DNA of 64,000 nt from Laetmonice hystrix. Its lineage: Eukaryota. A model generated the notes under the pieces. The model was not told where the DNA came from and did no database searches. It worked only from the letters and a program-made list of their open reading frames with translations. Position 1 is the stretch's first letter; each line of letters opens with the position of its first letter. The stretch is from positions 15,438,001-15,502,000 of the forward strand of contig OZ249443.1 in assembly GCA_965235115.1 (NCBI GenBank), given 5' to 3'. Of this stretch, positions 13,001 to 24,852 are shown piece after piece. The position numbers were made by a program, and so were the translations under genes.

Positions 13001-14137
13001 ATCCACTGAGGCGATTTTCCTTGCGACGCCTATGCGATTTTGACATCACCCTTTTATTTTACTGTAATTTTGAGATTAAAGGATGGAGCCCATTTCCTGA
13101 AACGGAGAAGGCCAGCCAGGAAAGATTTCAGAGTGAAATTCCACCGTTAAATCAAAAATCGCATGGGGGGAATCGCCTTAGTGGATAGTGCCCTTAACCC
13201 CAATCCCCCATTTTGTGGACTTGGGAAATACTGCAGACATGTGAGCAATTGATTCGTTGTTACAAACACTGAACCCACAGGTCTGTACCCGTCGGCGATT
13301 GGCGCCACCTGGTGTGACAATTATCATTATCTCTCACACATACCTGTGTTGAGCCTCTTCCTATCACCTCTGTCTCTGGGAGTCTAAACCCTTGACATGT
13401 ACACGAATCTATATTAACCTGTCTCTCTTCGCCTGTTCTTTGTTTCTCCATGTATTCTCATGCTCTTGGTACCTTCTAACCATTTTTTATAAGTTAAAGT
13501 ATCAAACACACAGGATCTTTACTTACCTACACTACTAACGCCATACCAACGCCTTTCCGTATCTAGATCTTTTCCCCACATTTCTAATACACAATGTACA
13601 TTGTGTACTTAGTTTTCCTTTCCATAACATAACCTCGTACAACTACAAGGTATACTGTAATTTTAATACTTACATCAATTTACCTGCAACTTTCCGTTGT
13701 TTTATAAGTGCTGTCACCACAAAAAAAAGATGTGTTACCACTTTGCGTATTTTGCCGAGAGGAAATGTAAAAAAACAAAATATTAAATGTAGTTTCCTTT
13801 CCTTGACATCCGTGACGTTAACTACCAAGGTTATTTCACTTACCCTGGTCCGTGTCGACGCCCCTTTCCCTGTAAATTTGACTTACCCTGGTCCGTGTCG
13901 ACGCCCCTTTCCCTGTAAATTTGACTTACCCTGGTCCGTGTCGACGCCCCTTTCCCTGTAAATTTGACTTACCCTGGTCCCTGTCGACGCCCCTTTCCCT
14001 GTAAATTTGACTTACCCTGGTCCGTGTCGACGCCCCTTTCCCTGTAAATTTGACTTACCCTGGTCCGTGTCGACGCCCCTTTCCCTGTAAATTCCGTCTT
14101 CATCAAAATCAAAGTCATCTACGTCGCTGTCGGCCAT
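847..14137 (-). CDS. AKNA: AKNA/AKNAD1-family centrosomal microtubule-organising coiled-coil protein (multi-exon; 3' end probably beyond the last traced exon)
   Basis: Phase-consistent GT-AG exons: 14137-14059, 11799-9653, 8683-8428, 8289-8108, 7812-7614, 7365-7191, 5496-5337, 5181-5111, (4699-4682), one unresolved small exon, 3610-3555, 2841-2775, 2641-2541, 2278-2088, 1058-847. Peptides QHDYNSLLQKYARAENTIDSLRIGA, GFDSDKIIEGEVYKLSMKM and DSGYVGSE match AKNA-family motifs as I recall them (LLxKYAEAENTIDQLRLGA; FDPxRELExEIxRLG; DSGFVGSE). In-frame TGA upstream of the ATG. Confidence 0.85.
2088..2278 (-). CDS. AKNA: AKNA exon with the DSGYVGSE motif
   Basis: tttcaaacag|PQSGRKYDSYGS...DKDSGYVGSEAGRK...|GTAATT. 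Confidence 0.75.
5111..5181 (-). CDS. AKNA: AKNA exon
   Basis: KLRRVYEQTPDHRKPALPPELEK; ctttgacag acceptor, GTAAGT donor. Confidence 0.7.
5337..5496 (-). CDS. AKNA: AKNA exon (coiled coil) whose 5' part is the unit of the 82-bp array
   Basis: PPSVGSFAGGPDDMDVQIHQLNKDYDRLMDRYRRLKQLKKTPQRDREVDGLLK|GTGAGA, phase 2 to 0. Confidence 0.8.
5434..6335 (-). repeat. 82-bp tandem array, exactly 11 copies, each = intron end + AG acceptor + first 61 nt of an AKNA exon
   Basis: Unit aactggtgaatctggacgtccatatcgtcaggaccgccagcaaaacttcctacactcggcggtctgtaacaacgacaaaaat; 902 bp = 11 x 82. Confidence 0.95.
6400..6928. mobile_element. Non-autonomous DNA transposon (MITE), TTAA-flanked, Kolobok/piggyBac-like, copy 1
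   Basis: TIR ttaaaggggcatactatga...tcataatatgcccctttaa; near-identical inverted copy at 29969-30504; no transposase. Confidence 0.85.
7191..7365 (-). CDS. AKNA: AKNA exon
   Basis: GEVYKLSMKMDNIEHQVEESVK...LAPNR|GTGAGC, phase 1 to 2. Confidence 0.8.
7614..7812 (-). CDS. AKNA: AKNA exon
   Basis: TQALMMLISESCLTTKDQVQALQNIKDSYENLQQEY...GFDSDKIIE|GTCAGT. Confidence 0.8.
8108..8289 (-). CDS. AKNA: AKNA exon
   Basis: Phase 1 to 0, open, ends ...LSLLAKAKAVDEK|GTAGAA. Confidence 0.75.
8428..8683 (-). CDS. AKNA: AKNA exon with the conserved AKNA-domain coiled coil
   Basis: EAQQRQLNEETLQQLQHDYNSLLQKYARAENTIDSLRIGATIPIH; cctacag acceptor, GTAGG donor. Confidence 0.9.
9653..11799 (-). CDS. AKNA: AKNA giant exon (2147 nt, acidic/Ser-rich, disordered)
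   Basis: Contains ORF 9635-11560; open from acceptor tatttcag|GA at 11799 to donor CAG|GTGAGA at 9653. Confidence 0.85.
12994..13193. mobile_element. MITE with 23-bp imperfect TIRs (PIF/Harbinger-like)
   Basis: gggccctatccactgaggcgatt...aatcgccttagtggatagtgccc. Confidence 0.65.
13838..14093 (-). repeat. 43-bp tandem array, 6 copies, each = AKNA exon end + GTAAGT donor
   Basis: Unit cccctttccctgtaaatttgacttaccctggtccgtgtcgacg; acttac at 13838, 13881, 13924, 13967, 14010, 14053. Confidence 0.95.
14059..14137 (-). CDS. AKNA: AKNA first coding exon (MADSDVDDFDFDEDGIYRERGVDTDQ)
   Basis: AAGATGGCC start context; donor G|GTAAGT; phase 1 joins the next exon correctly; an acceptor at 14192 implies an upstream non-coding exon. 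Confidence 0.8.
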
Positions 14138-14959
14138 CTTGGACGTCCAGCCCGCCAGGGGGCGTTGTCAGCAAGCCTTCAGGTTGAGGAGCTAAAATTA
14201 AAAACAAGAACTTACTTTAATTCTAAATGTTTGATTTTCGTTATGAAGACCATGCCCTTAAACTCTGAGATCATTGTAAAAGACTTGTGTTTCTCCATAA
14301 CAGGCATGTCACCTGTTGATTCCTGTACAACACACATATTGACCCTCACCTTACAGTGTGTTCTTTACATTCTGATTCCTGCATGATTTACCCTGCCGGG
14401 TTGTTCATATATTTGTCAGCCTAAACAGAAACGTAACAACAGCACTTCTACCTATTAGTGACCAGTAGGCACCCTAACCTCCCAGTGACTGACCTACAAT
14501 GAGTTGAGCTCCCTATACGTCGGTAAGCTCCTTTATAAGCTCCTTAATCTCACTTAGAATATCAACATGCCGGACTGAAGGCAAGGTGTTATTCCAAGGA
14601 ACTGCTCGTGGATAACAGGAAATCTGACAGGAATTCCTCGGAAAGGTAATTAAAAAAAAGTGGAAAAAAGTCGGTAACTTCTAGGGAGTGTAAGATTACT
14701 AGAATCATTTTTCTCCTGGCTATGTCTAAAGAAATGGGTAAACAAAAATTGTATTTATTGCCCAAACTTTCTATTACGAGGCACAAAGCATACTTGCCTG
14801 ATTAAGACTAGATTAAGTGGTGGATTAGTGAAGATTTCTGACATTTTGTAAATCCGAGCAATGTACCACCTGTGGATCCAGCTAACAGGACACACTTTCC
14901 ATACCAACTTGGATCAATTTTTGCGAGTTTTTTAACCCCTTCCCTCTAAGAAATACTAT

Positions 14960-15085
14960 ATCCCTAACCCTAGGCGTGCCCCTGCCCGCTAACCCTAGCC
15001 CTGCCCAGGCATAACACCTAACGCCTAGCCCTGCCCCTAGCCCTGCCCTTAGCCCTGGCTGTGGCCCTAACCCCTAGCCCTAACG
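14960..15085. repeat. Degenerate telomere-like CCCTAA/CCCTAG repeats (interstitial)
   Basis: ccctaaccctagg...cctagccctgcccctagccctgcccttagccc...ccctaacccctagccctaac. Confidence 0.55.
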
Positions 15086-15294
15086 GGGGATCACCCGTTA
15101 AACTCCAGGATTGACATCACTCTGAGAACTCCTTCCCATACAATCGTAATCACTACTGTGAACCCATGAGGCGTACTCTAACCGAGTCAAGTCAACCGTG
15201 CCAGTAATGAAACATTGATTAGGTCTATCACAGTAATCATCAGGCATCGATTAATGGCGACCTCTCCCTCCCTCCACACGCCTGCATTGTCCGA

Positions 15295-17434
15295 GCACGA
15301 GTCTGCATGCACAGCACGTGCTGAGTGACCTCCACTCTACCATCCACATCCCCCACGTGCACGAGTCTGCATGCACAGCACGTGCTGAGTGACCTCCACT
15401 CTACCACGTACATCCCCCACGTGCACGAGTCTACATGCACACATCACGTGCTGAGTGACCTCCACTCTACCACGTATACATCCCCCACGTGCACGAGTCT
15501 ACATGCACACAGCACGTGCTGAGTGACCTCCACTCTACCATCCACATCCCCCACGTACACGAGTCTACATGCACACAGCACGTGCTGAGTGACCTCTACT
15601 CTACCACGTATACATCCCCCACGTGCACGAGTCTACATGCACACAGCACGTGCTGAGTGACCTCTACTCTACCACGTATACATCCCCCACGTGCACGAGT
15701 CTACATGCACACAGCACGTGCTGAGTGACCTCCACTCTACCATCCACATCCCCCACGTGCACGAGTCTACATGCACAGCACGTGCTGAGTGACCTCCACT
15801 GTACCATCCACATCCCCCACGTACACGAGTCTACATGCACACAGCACGTGCTGAGTGACCTCTACTCTACCACGTATACATCCCCCACGTGCACGAGTCT
15901 ACATGCACACAGCACGTGCTGAGTGACCTCCACTCTACCATCCACATCCCCCACGTGCACGAGTCTACATGCACAGCACGTGCTGAGTGACCTCCACTGT
16001 ACCATCCACATCCCCCACGTACACGAGTCTACATGCACACAGCACGTGCTGAGTGACCTCTACTCTACCACGTATACATCCCCCACGTGCACGAGTCTAC
16101 ATGCACACAGCACGTGCTGAGTGACCTCCACTGTACCATCCACATCCCCCACGTGCACGAGTCTACATGCACACAGCACGTGCTGAGTGACCTCTACTCT
16201 ACCACGTATACATCCCCCACGTGCACGAGTCTACATGCACACAGCACGTGCTGAGTGACCTCCACTGTACCATCCACATCCCCCACGTACACGAGTCTAC
16301 ATGCACACAGCACGTGCTGAGTGACCTCTACTCTACCACGTATACATCCCCCACGTGCACGAGTCTACATGCACACAGCACGTGCTGAGTGACCTCCACT
16401 GTACCATCCACATCCCCCACGTACACGAGTCTACATGCACACAGCACGTGCTGAGTGACCTCTACTATACCACGTATACATCCCCCACGTGCACGAGTCT
16501 ACATGCACACAGCACGTGCTGAGTGACCTCCACTCTACCACCACGTATACATCCCCCACGTGCACGAGTCTACATGCACACAGCACGTGCTGAGTGACCT
16601 CCACTCTACCATCCACATCCCCCACGTACACGAGTCTACATGCACAGCACGTGCTGAGTGACCTCCACTCTACCATCCACATCCCCCACGTGCACGAGTC
16701 TACATGCACACAGCACGTGCTGAGTGACCTCCACTCTACCATCCACATCCCCCACGTGCACGAGTCTACATGCACACAGCACGTGCTGAGTGACCTCCAC
16801 TCTACCACGTATACATCCCCCACGTGCACGAGTCTACATGCACACAGCACGTGCTGAGTGACCTCTACTCTACCACGTATACATCCCCCACGTGCACGAG
16901 TCTACATGCACACAGCACGTGCTGAGTGACCTCCACTCTACCATCCACATCCCCCACGTGCACGAGTCTGCATGCACACAGCACGTGCTGAGTGACCTCC
17001 ACTCTACCACGTACATCCCCCACGTGCACGAGTCTACATGCACACAGCACGTGCTGAGTGACCTCCACTCTACCATCCACATCCCCCACGTGCACGAGTC
17101 TACATGCACACAGCACGTGCTGAGTGACCTCTACTCTACCACGTATACATCCCCCACGTACACGAGTCTACATGCACACAGCACGTGCTGAGTGACCTCC
17201 ACTCTACCACCACGTATACATCCCCCACGTGCACGAGTCTACATGCACACAGCACGTGCTGAGTGACCTCCACTGTACCATCCACATCCCCCACGTGCAC
17301 GAGTCTACATGCACACAGCACGTGCTGAGTGACCTCCACTCTACCATCCACATCCCCCACGTGCACGAGTCTACATGCACACAGCACGTGCTGAGTGACC
17401 TCCACTCTACCACGTACATCCCCCACGTGCACGA
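15295..17434. repeat. About 66-bp minisatellite, about 32 copies, CACGTG-rich
   Basis: Unit gcacgagtctacatgcacacagcacgtgctgagtgacctccactctaccatccacatcccccacgt with 64-69-bp variants. Confidence 0.95.
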
Positions 17435-17706
17435 CCAAATCACCATGTAGAGTTCGGGCAGACGATATTTTACGTATCGGTCAGTGGTGTACGTCACTGT
17501 CGATATGATCCTGTTTCCCGGAAGATTTCACCTTTCGGAGGCGACTTGAAGGACATTGGGGAGGGACAGGCATTTTGAAAAAAAAGGCAGAATCCTTGAG
17601 GGGTGTAACAATTTTTTTTATGGTTAGGCGGGATGTTGTATGTACCGAGGACGGTTCTGTGATTGCCTAGCTATGATTACCGCCACCATTGGCATTTAAA
17701 GCACCC

Positions 17707-17720
17707 GTTACCATGGCAAC
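17707..17720. promoter_or_regulatory. Perfect RFX X-box
   Basis: GTTACCATGGCAAC matches GTHNYY-AT-RRNAAC; a near-match GTTACCATAGAGAC lies at 19511-19524. Confidence 0.55.
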
Positions 17721-20700
17721 GTTACCGTCATGGCACAAACAACCTGATTACCTTGGGAACTCATTGGCCTCTGAATTAAAGAAAGCCCCTTGGTGAGTTC
17801 TGATTTGACTCGCATGATTTCCATTCTCCGATCCTGACTCTCTTCTAATATATATGGCTATCAATCCTTGACACCACAACAAAGTGCTGGGGACAACTGA
17901 TTTGATTCTTAAGAAAATATTAGCCTTTATATTATTATACCCTTTATGCTAGTAGTCGATTTAGATTTACAAAGTTCTACAGATATGCTTGAAATAACTT
18001 TTTAAAGATCCCAACAAAATCTAAAACAAACCATTCATTTTTGTGGTTTGGGTTCAAGAACTTGTAAAATGTACAGCTGGAACTGGCCGATTTAAAAAGT
18101 CTGAGTCAGGGGTAGTTTTGAATATTAAAAGGACGATATCAACCACAAGAATTTGATAGGTGATCTCCACAGCCGTTCTCAGACTTCAATGGAAACATGG
18201 CCCATCTGCCAACCCCAGACATGAACAAAAACTTGGACATGATCGCTCCAGTTTGAATACATAATCTAGTCACAGCTACTCAGTCAACTACCATGGAAGA
18301 GTAGAATACTCACCCATTTCCAAGCTGGGTCGTGACAGTGTTATATTCCAGTAATTCCACCGATCACCCCAGACTATCTGCCTCATGACCTCGGCCGTGA
18401 TGGGGTTTCATGAGACCCCTGTTTGACCAGCCCTGAGGGAGGCTATCACCGAGCTGTGGCCATGCACAGATCCTTTCTGTGTCATTGACTATAAATATGA
18501 TGAGTTGATGACTACATCCGCGCCAAGAACTTATCTAGGATCAACACCATATGTACGTGCAGGCACCCACAAGCTAGGCCTACTGCTCAAACAGGGTTGG
18601 TATAAAAAGGTTGAACGCTTTGATAACTCCAGTGACAGATTAGCAGCAAGCACGATGCCTTAAGACAATGAATGATAACTAAGTTTTTATCTCTCTCTGC
18701 CGTAAAGTATGACAGTCGTAGTTACTCCAGTAACTATATTGCCGGCCTCTCCATCCTGGAGTGCCTCCGTTGAGTGTTATACATGACGTATATGTTCCCC
18801 TGGGACCGTTACAAAGTGTGTATCCTTGTGACAACGTCAAAACATCCTGCACTTGTCGCAGCGCGCGGTGCTGAGGTTAGAGTCCCGTGAATCCAGCAGT
18901 AGCACTCTATGAGGGGATGACGGAGCTAGCCTCATCATCAGCAGCTGCTGCTGCTGCCCCCTACTCACACACAGCGTCCCCTAGGGCTGCCTCTCTCCCC
19001 TCCCTCCCCCTGCTCCCCCTTCCCTCCTTCCAGTCAGTGATGGGGGTCAACCCTAGCGGCGGTCTGCCCCGCGCGGCTCCCGACCTATCGGGGGATTACC
19101 CCCACCCCCCTCCCCCCATTCAACCCTCAACCTGTCTGTGTGTGGGTGGTGGTGGTAGGGGTGGTGGGGGTGGTGCTGGTGCTGGGGGGTGTAGGGTGAG
19201 GGTGTGGCCTATTTTCATTTCTGTGCCGAGTTAACTTCCATAGCTCTCCTCACGCCGGCTCAGTTCTCAACAAAAGGTCATTTGGGCCTCACCAAGCGTT
19301 CCTCTGAAAGTTATCAATCATTTCCCGCGGAGAGTTCATGGATAGCCCCTTCGTGACCTGTCCATTGATACATTCGGGAATCGGGAAAGATAAAAATGAA
19401 ACTAAAGATATATCCTAGCAGATGGAAATGGAAGTCTAAAGTCAAAGTTTATCCCGATCGTCTATTTTTGGTTACGTTTCACTCACAGATCCAACTATTG
19501 GAGTCGGTCTGTTACCATAGAGACGGAAACTGAGCAGCGTCCCGGTCCCGGTGTCTGGCCAAAGTGACCAGGGTACATCCTTATAGACAGCGTGAGTCAT
19601 GCTCTAATGGCCCACTTTGACATGAATGTAATGACATGAAGGGCTTTTAGATGTTTGGGGGGTTTTTTTTCGTTTTTTTTTCATCCTTCAATTTCCTTGA
19701 CAAATCCCACTGGGGAAAAGGAAAAACATACGGCTTCCTTTTAAAGTGACATACATATGTAGACCATACCACTAACGCTATGAAACATTCTTTTCCTGAA
19801 GCTTTGTTCTATGTCGTAAGTTGTAATACAATATAAAAGTACACATCATAATATTTTATGATAAAGAAACAGTTTACGAAACCGTAATATGTCAGGATAT
19901 ATTGGCACCATTATCACCAATCAAGAGTTGTGTATACGTAATATTGCATCTGATGACCCGCAGACAATTATATTCTCGTTAGGATATGCCGAGAGTTCAT
20001 TGCCGGGGGAAGGGGGTAAGCCAATTGGGACTAAAGACTAAAATATTGTGTCCCTCGACCTTATTCAAATTCAAAAGTGTGAAGCTATATTAATATCTTC
20101 TCCTCTTTTTTTTTTGTGTTTTTTTTTTTTGGGGGGGGGGGGGGTACACGTCCCCTCCGCCAAATAAGGGTAACATTCCTCATATGATAAAGACTATACG
20201 TATTTAACATGAACTATTTGATAGCGTTCAATTCTGAAAAGAAAATATATAAGAGGTCCAACTCACGATGATATGATTGTAAATGCCCTGCCAAACTGAG
20301 CGAGTTAACATGCAGGGCTCAGTTTGTTAATTGTCCCCTTATGACTTCTGTTCACAGCCTTAAAATTTGAATCCCTTTGTTAATCATACATTGGCTCGCC
20401 ATAACCGACACGTTTAGAGTGTTTTGTCGGTCCAACGCCACAAACTCTCAACACTCTCCCGACGACGGGTGACAAAACTTGACTCGTGAATTCTTTCAAC
20501 TTATCCCTTGAGATATTTCAGTGTTTATACACAAACCCCGAGTTCCGATATACGGTCTACATTGGCGTTGTCCCCGGAATTCTCCGCCCACCAGTCCTGT
20601 CCACCTGCACCCGTACTTTTTATATATATAAATAAAATTTATCCTTATAGAGTGGAAAAACTAAATACAGCTGTATCTGTCGACTGTTTTTCCAATCCTA

Positions 20701-21810
20701 CATGTCGATCAAATCTCTCATCCCCCTCTACAGCTTGGTATCTGTACATTAACATATTGTTCTTACCCCCCCCCCCTACCCCAACGATCACATCAGTTGT
20801 CATGGTTGACAGTGATTGACAGCTCCCACTCACCTTTTCTTCACGAAGGAACATGTATTTTGTAATGAGTCATCCAATGATATCATCCATTGGCCGTATA
20901 TCTAGACCCAGTCTTACCCACATCGCGTACCTCCCGCATCAAGTAATAGCCACATGTCCATTACCTCCACTATTTAAACAGAGGCTGACTGACAGATGTG
21001 ATTACCGGGGTAATCCCTCAAATAAACGTATCCCCATTCAGCGTGACGGAATATCAGCAAGACTGCAAGCGATAAGCCTTTATTAATCTCGTGTCGGGCC
21101 TGTTCCGGAATAGCACAGGGATTATCATTATGATCTGCGTATTTCTGTTTGTGTCACCAGCAACTTGTTAAAGCCAACTATTTATAGAAAGGGTTGGGAA
21201 ATCAAAGGGTAGTATCAACCTGATCTATAGGGGGGGGGGGAATATTTGTCTATGACACAACAATAATGTGCACGTGGAGAGACCTAAAAGGGAAAATCCA
21301 ATCATTCACATACTTCTATCATAGTAATAAAAAACAGTAAAGGAACATTTAGCTGCAATATTTTATATATATATAGGAGAATAATTTATGCTGGTGAAAC
21401 CTGTACGTACATTAAAATATTCACCAGCATCCTCATGTCATTATTAAAGCAATGATTGTCCTGTACAACACAATGATACAACACTCAGCTGGCAAGGATA
21501 CATTACTCAGTGTGTTCAGATATTTCCACCATGGTAATTTCATTAACAGGAAATTCTGGTGTAAAAATTAAAAATCTATCACTATTCGCAGTATTCCTAG
21601 CTCCAAAGTCAATCCTAGACTCTGGTCCCATTCCTCAGTCCAACTCCAGGCCCAAAACCAACCCCTATCCCTAGCTCTCCGCATTTATAACCTTAAACCT
21701 TGACACTTGATCCGTGGTACTGTTAACATCGGGAAATACCGTTTACATGGTCAACATTGCGCGGTGACTGTGTCTACAAAATATACCAAAGAATTCCTAC
21801 AAACAACATA

Positions 21811-22190
21811 AAAAAGTCTGCCCAGTTGTGAACTTTTCCCGCCTCAAAAAGTCTGCCCAGCTGTGAACTTTTCCCGCCTCAAAAAGTCTGCCCAGCTGTG
21901 AACTTTACCCGCCTCAAAAAGTCTGCCCAGCTGTGAACTTTACCCGCCTCAAAAAGTCTGCCCAGCTGTGAAATTTACCCGCCTCAAAAAGTCTGCCCAG
22001 CTGTGAACTTTACCCGCCTCAAAAAGTCTGCCCAGCTGTGAAATTTACCCGCCTCAAAAAGTCTGCCCAGCTGTGAACTTTACCCGCCTCAAAAAGTCTG
22101 CCCAGCTGTGAAATTTACCCGCCTCAAAAAGTCTGCCCAGCTGTGAACTTTACCCGCCTCAAAAAGTCTGCCCAGCTGTGAACTTTACCC
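21811..22190. repeat. 35-bp tandem array, about 11 copies
   Basis: Unit aaaaagtctgcccagctgtgaactttacccgcctc. Confidence 0.95.
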
Positions 22191-24803
22191 TGCTCTGCTA
22201 TCTTAACTTTGATCACCATTCAGGTATAAAGAAAACGATCTAAACGACAGATTCCAAACTCACCTTGTATCGGTTTGAGTGCAGGTTACAGGATCGTCTT
22301 CTACACCGACATGTTGGAATCCATGGTGGGGGTTTAAATCAACGACCATGTTATAATATCATGACTACAGGTCTACAAAACGACACTTGGGCCGTCAGTC
22401 TTTGGGACAGACTGCCGTGGTGAGACTAACGCCAGGTATTAGGTATAGGCAGTATGCCACTGATACGTGCCTGATCGAGTGGTAATGTTGGGTCAATACT
22501 ATAGCGCTGCAGTGGGGAGGGAGGGGGTCGCTTACTTCCATTCACTGGTTCTCCACTAGAGATCTGTCCACATATCATTTAATATTTGATAATGTCCAGC
22601 TGTGTTTATATATCGACTTTTGTTTTACACTTCACATAAACAACCAATGGATGAAATAATGAAAGTCAAGGAGGAAAAACTTTAACAGCACACTTCTCCT
22701 GAACATTATAAGTAATGTTTGATTTCCATTCTAAGAGGTAACTTCAGTCTGAGGCTCCCATTAATTTTTACAGGACTTGTAATAGCTGTAGTCATTCCAG
22801 TCTACATGAGACATGCCAAGGTCTGCACATATAATATAGTCTTGACATGCTCATACACGTCTGCAGCGTGGCCTATATTAACTCACGCCGCCACAACTCA
22901 AGTTGATCGGCTGCCAAATCTCAGTGGTTGGGTCCGATATGCAACATGCACCACATGCATCCAATTAATCCGCCCCCCTCCCCCTACTGGTATTAATTCT
23001 GTGGCGTGTCTTCACGATACAGTGCTCTGTCAGGGTGCCTCACCCTGTGTTGTGGGCAAGCACAGTACAACCATGTGCCTAAATTACTATCTATTAAAGG
23101 CAAAGTCTGTACCTAGGCCCCATACAAAAAGAAAATATATTCAATAACCAACCCTAACGTTACTTCTTTTTTATAGCCTATAGGCCTAGGCCAATCACGA
23201 ATTATTATTGTAATTTCTAAAAGACTGACTTATGTCACATTAACTATCTGATAAATCAATGCTGACATATTATATTTAGAATAGACGGAGCCGAATCTCG
23301 GTCTTTGTGTCTGCCTTATCGGCTTCGCCAGGCCGCGGGACTCTCCACTCCCGACCCGGGTAACATACACCTAGCGGTTCATGTTAGAACTAACTATCAG
23401 GTGCTGCCACCTGTCGTACAATCATGAAAACATTATGTCTTACTGCTGATGAGAGCATTGTTCGGGGGGGGGGGGGGCTTTGGGTTGCTAACCACCCATT
23501 CTATCTGGTTTATAATACATTCTAAAGCTCCCCATTGCATGGTCTAATCCTTTTCCCCGAAGTTGAAGTATTTTCGCAGCCCCCGCCTCTTCAAAAGATC
23601 CTCGATTCGCCCCCGGCGAGCCAATCGTTGAATCGATTCCCGATTGATCCCCCCACCCCCAACTCGAGCACGAGCAGTCCCCCGCCACGGCGGTGCACAC
23701 GCGCCGACCTCTTCACGAGTCTGTGATAAATGTGTCTATAGTATGACCACGGGTGAAGTGTAGTTGAGCGGTACTTGTTTATGATTTGAATTTCCTCTGT
23801 TACTACACAGTGTCACTGTGCCCCCCGTCTGTCCTGACACGAGATGCAGTCCTCTATGACCGAGTGTCAATGATACTTGACCGCGGCCGGCCCATCGATC
23901 CACTCCCCCGGGGCGCCGTTTTTCTGCGGCATGTCGGCACACGCATCGTCTCAAATTACATTGCTCAATCTTCAAAACTTATGTGGGAATATCCCTGCTA
24001 ACTTCTGCTTTGTGAATCACTGAACAAGAAACCTACCTTCTGAAAACTTATTCGTCGTGTACAGGTCATAATTTGATGAGCAGTTGTAGCGTACCCTCCT
24101 GAAACATTAACTTTAAAATCGGCAGCACGCGCCACGCTCCGTATGTTTTTGTGTGCAGCGAGCACAGAGGATTCCGCGTCAGCCTCGTTTTGGAGGCGTT
24201 GTCAACAAGGGTATTTTCCGGAGTTTTATCAGTTGTCTACGCATATTTCTGAAAACCTCAATGACACAAACAGATAATAGCGTATGCTAGACCCTCAATA
24301 GCCACACATAATCTTGCACACCTTCGCATAATGCTATAAACAGTGGGAATACCCTTTGACCAATCAACACCGAGCGTGAAGCTTGGTCACGTGGTCAGTG
24401 CATCAGTGCACACGTTGATTGCTCAGTGCGCGGTGTTTTGGAAGGAAAGATGCCCAGACCCAATCCATAAAACTCGCCTTACACAAACAAGCAACACCTG
24501 GAAAATCGACACCCGGGGTGGATACGATTGCCTCTAGATGTCGTGAGTGAGTCTGGTGAATTTGAAACGAATTGGACATTTCTTCGGATCGTCAGCACCT
24601 GTTTGAAGTTAGGATGTCTGGATGAGGATGGTGTACACAGAGCGATCGACCGACAGGTGGGGCGGTCCCGGGCCGCGATCCGCCCGACCAGCGGCACGTA
24701 CCCCGTCCAAGGCCCGCTACCCTCGGCAGTATGTTACTCGGGTCGATAGATTGGTATTGGTGGCAACAATGGAGAACTGAGCCCGTACACAGAGAACTGG
24801 CCC

Positions 24804-24816
24804 CAGCAGCAGCAGC

Positions 24817-24851
<35 letters not shown>
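24804..24851 (+). repeat. (CAG)4 CGG (CAG)11 trinucleotide repeat upstream of the whirlin ATG
   Basis: Read directly from the sequence. Confidence 0.95.

Positions 24852-24852
<1 letters not shown>

Noticed and set aside
14960-15085. Telomere or chromosome-fusion scar
   Set aside because: Too short and degenerate. Similar TTAGGG-like tracts (for example near 48225-48340) suggest they are parts of dispersed elements.
15240-17497. Many overlapping His/Thr/Cys-rich ORFs
   Set aside because: These are translations of the 66-bp minisatellite, open in several frames on both strands, with no splice or homology support.
18887-19234. 115-aa Ala/Pro/Gly-rich ORF
   Set aside because: Low-complexity GC-rich sequence with a non-ATG start and no recognisable domain; more likely regulatory.
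24528-24749. ORF containing CLDEDGVHR, similar to the AKNA LDEDGIWR motif
   Set aside because: Short match on the opposite strand. It cannot join the whirlin frame because of the in-frame TGA after the 25570 acceptor. Treated as chance.
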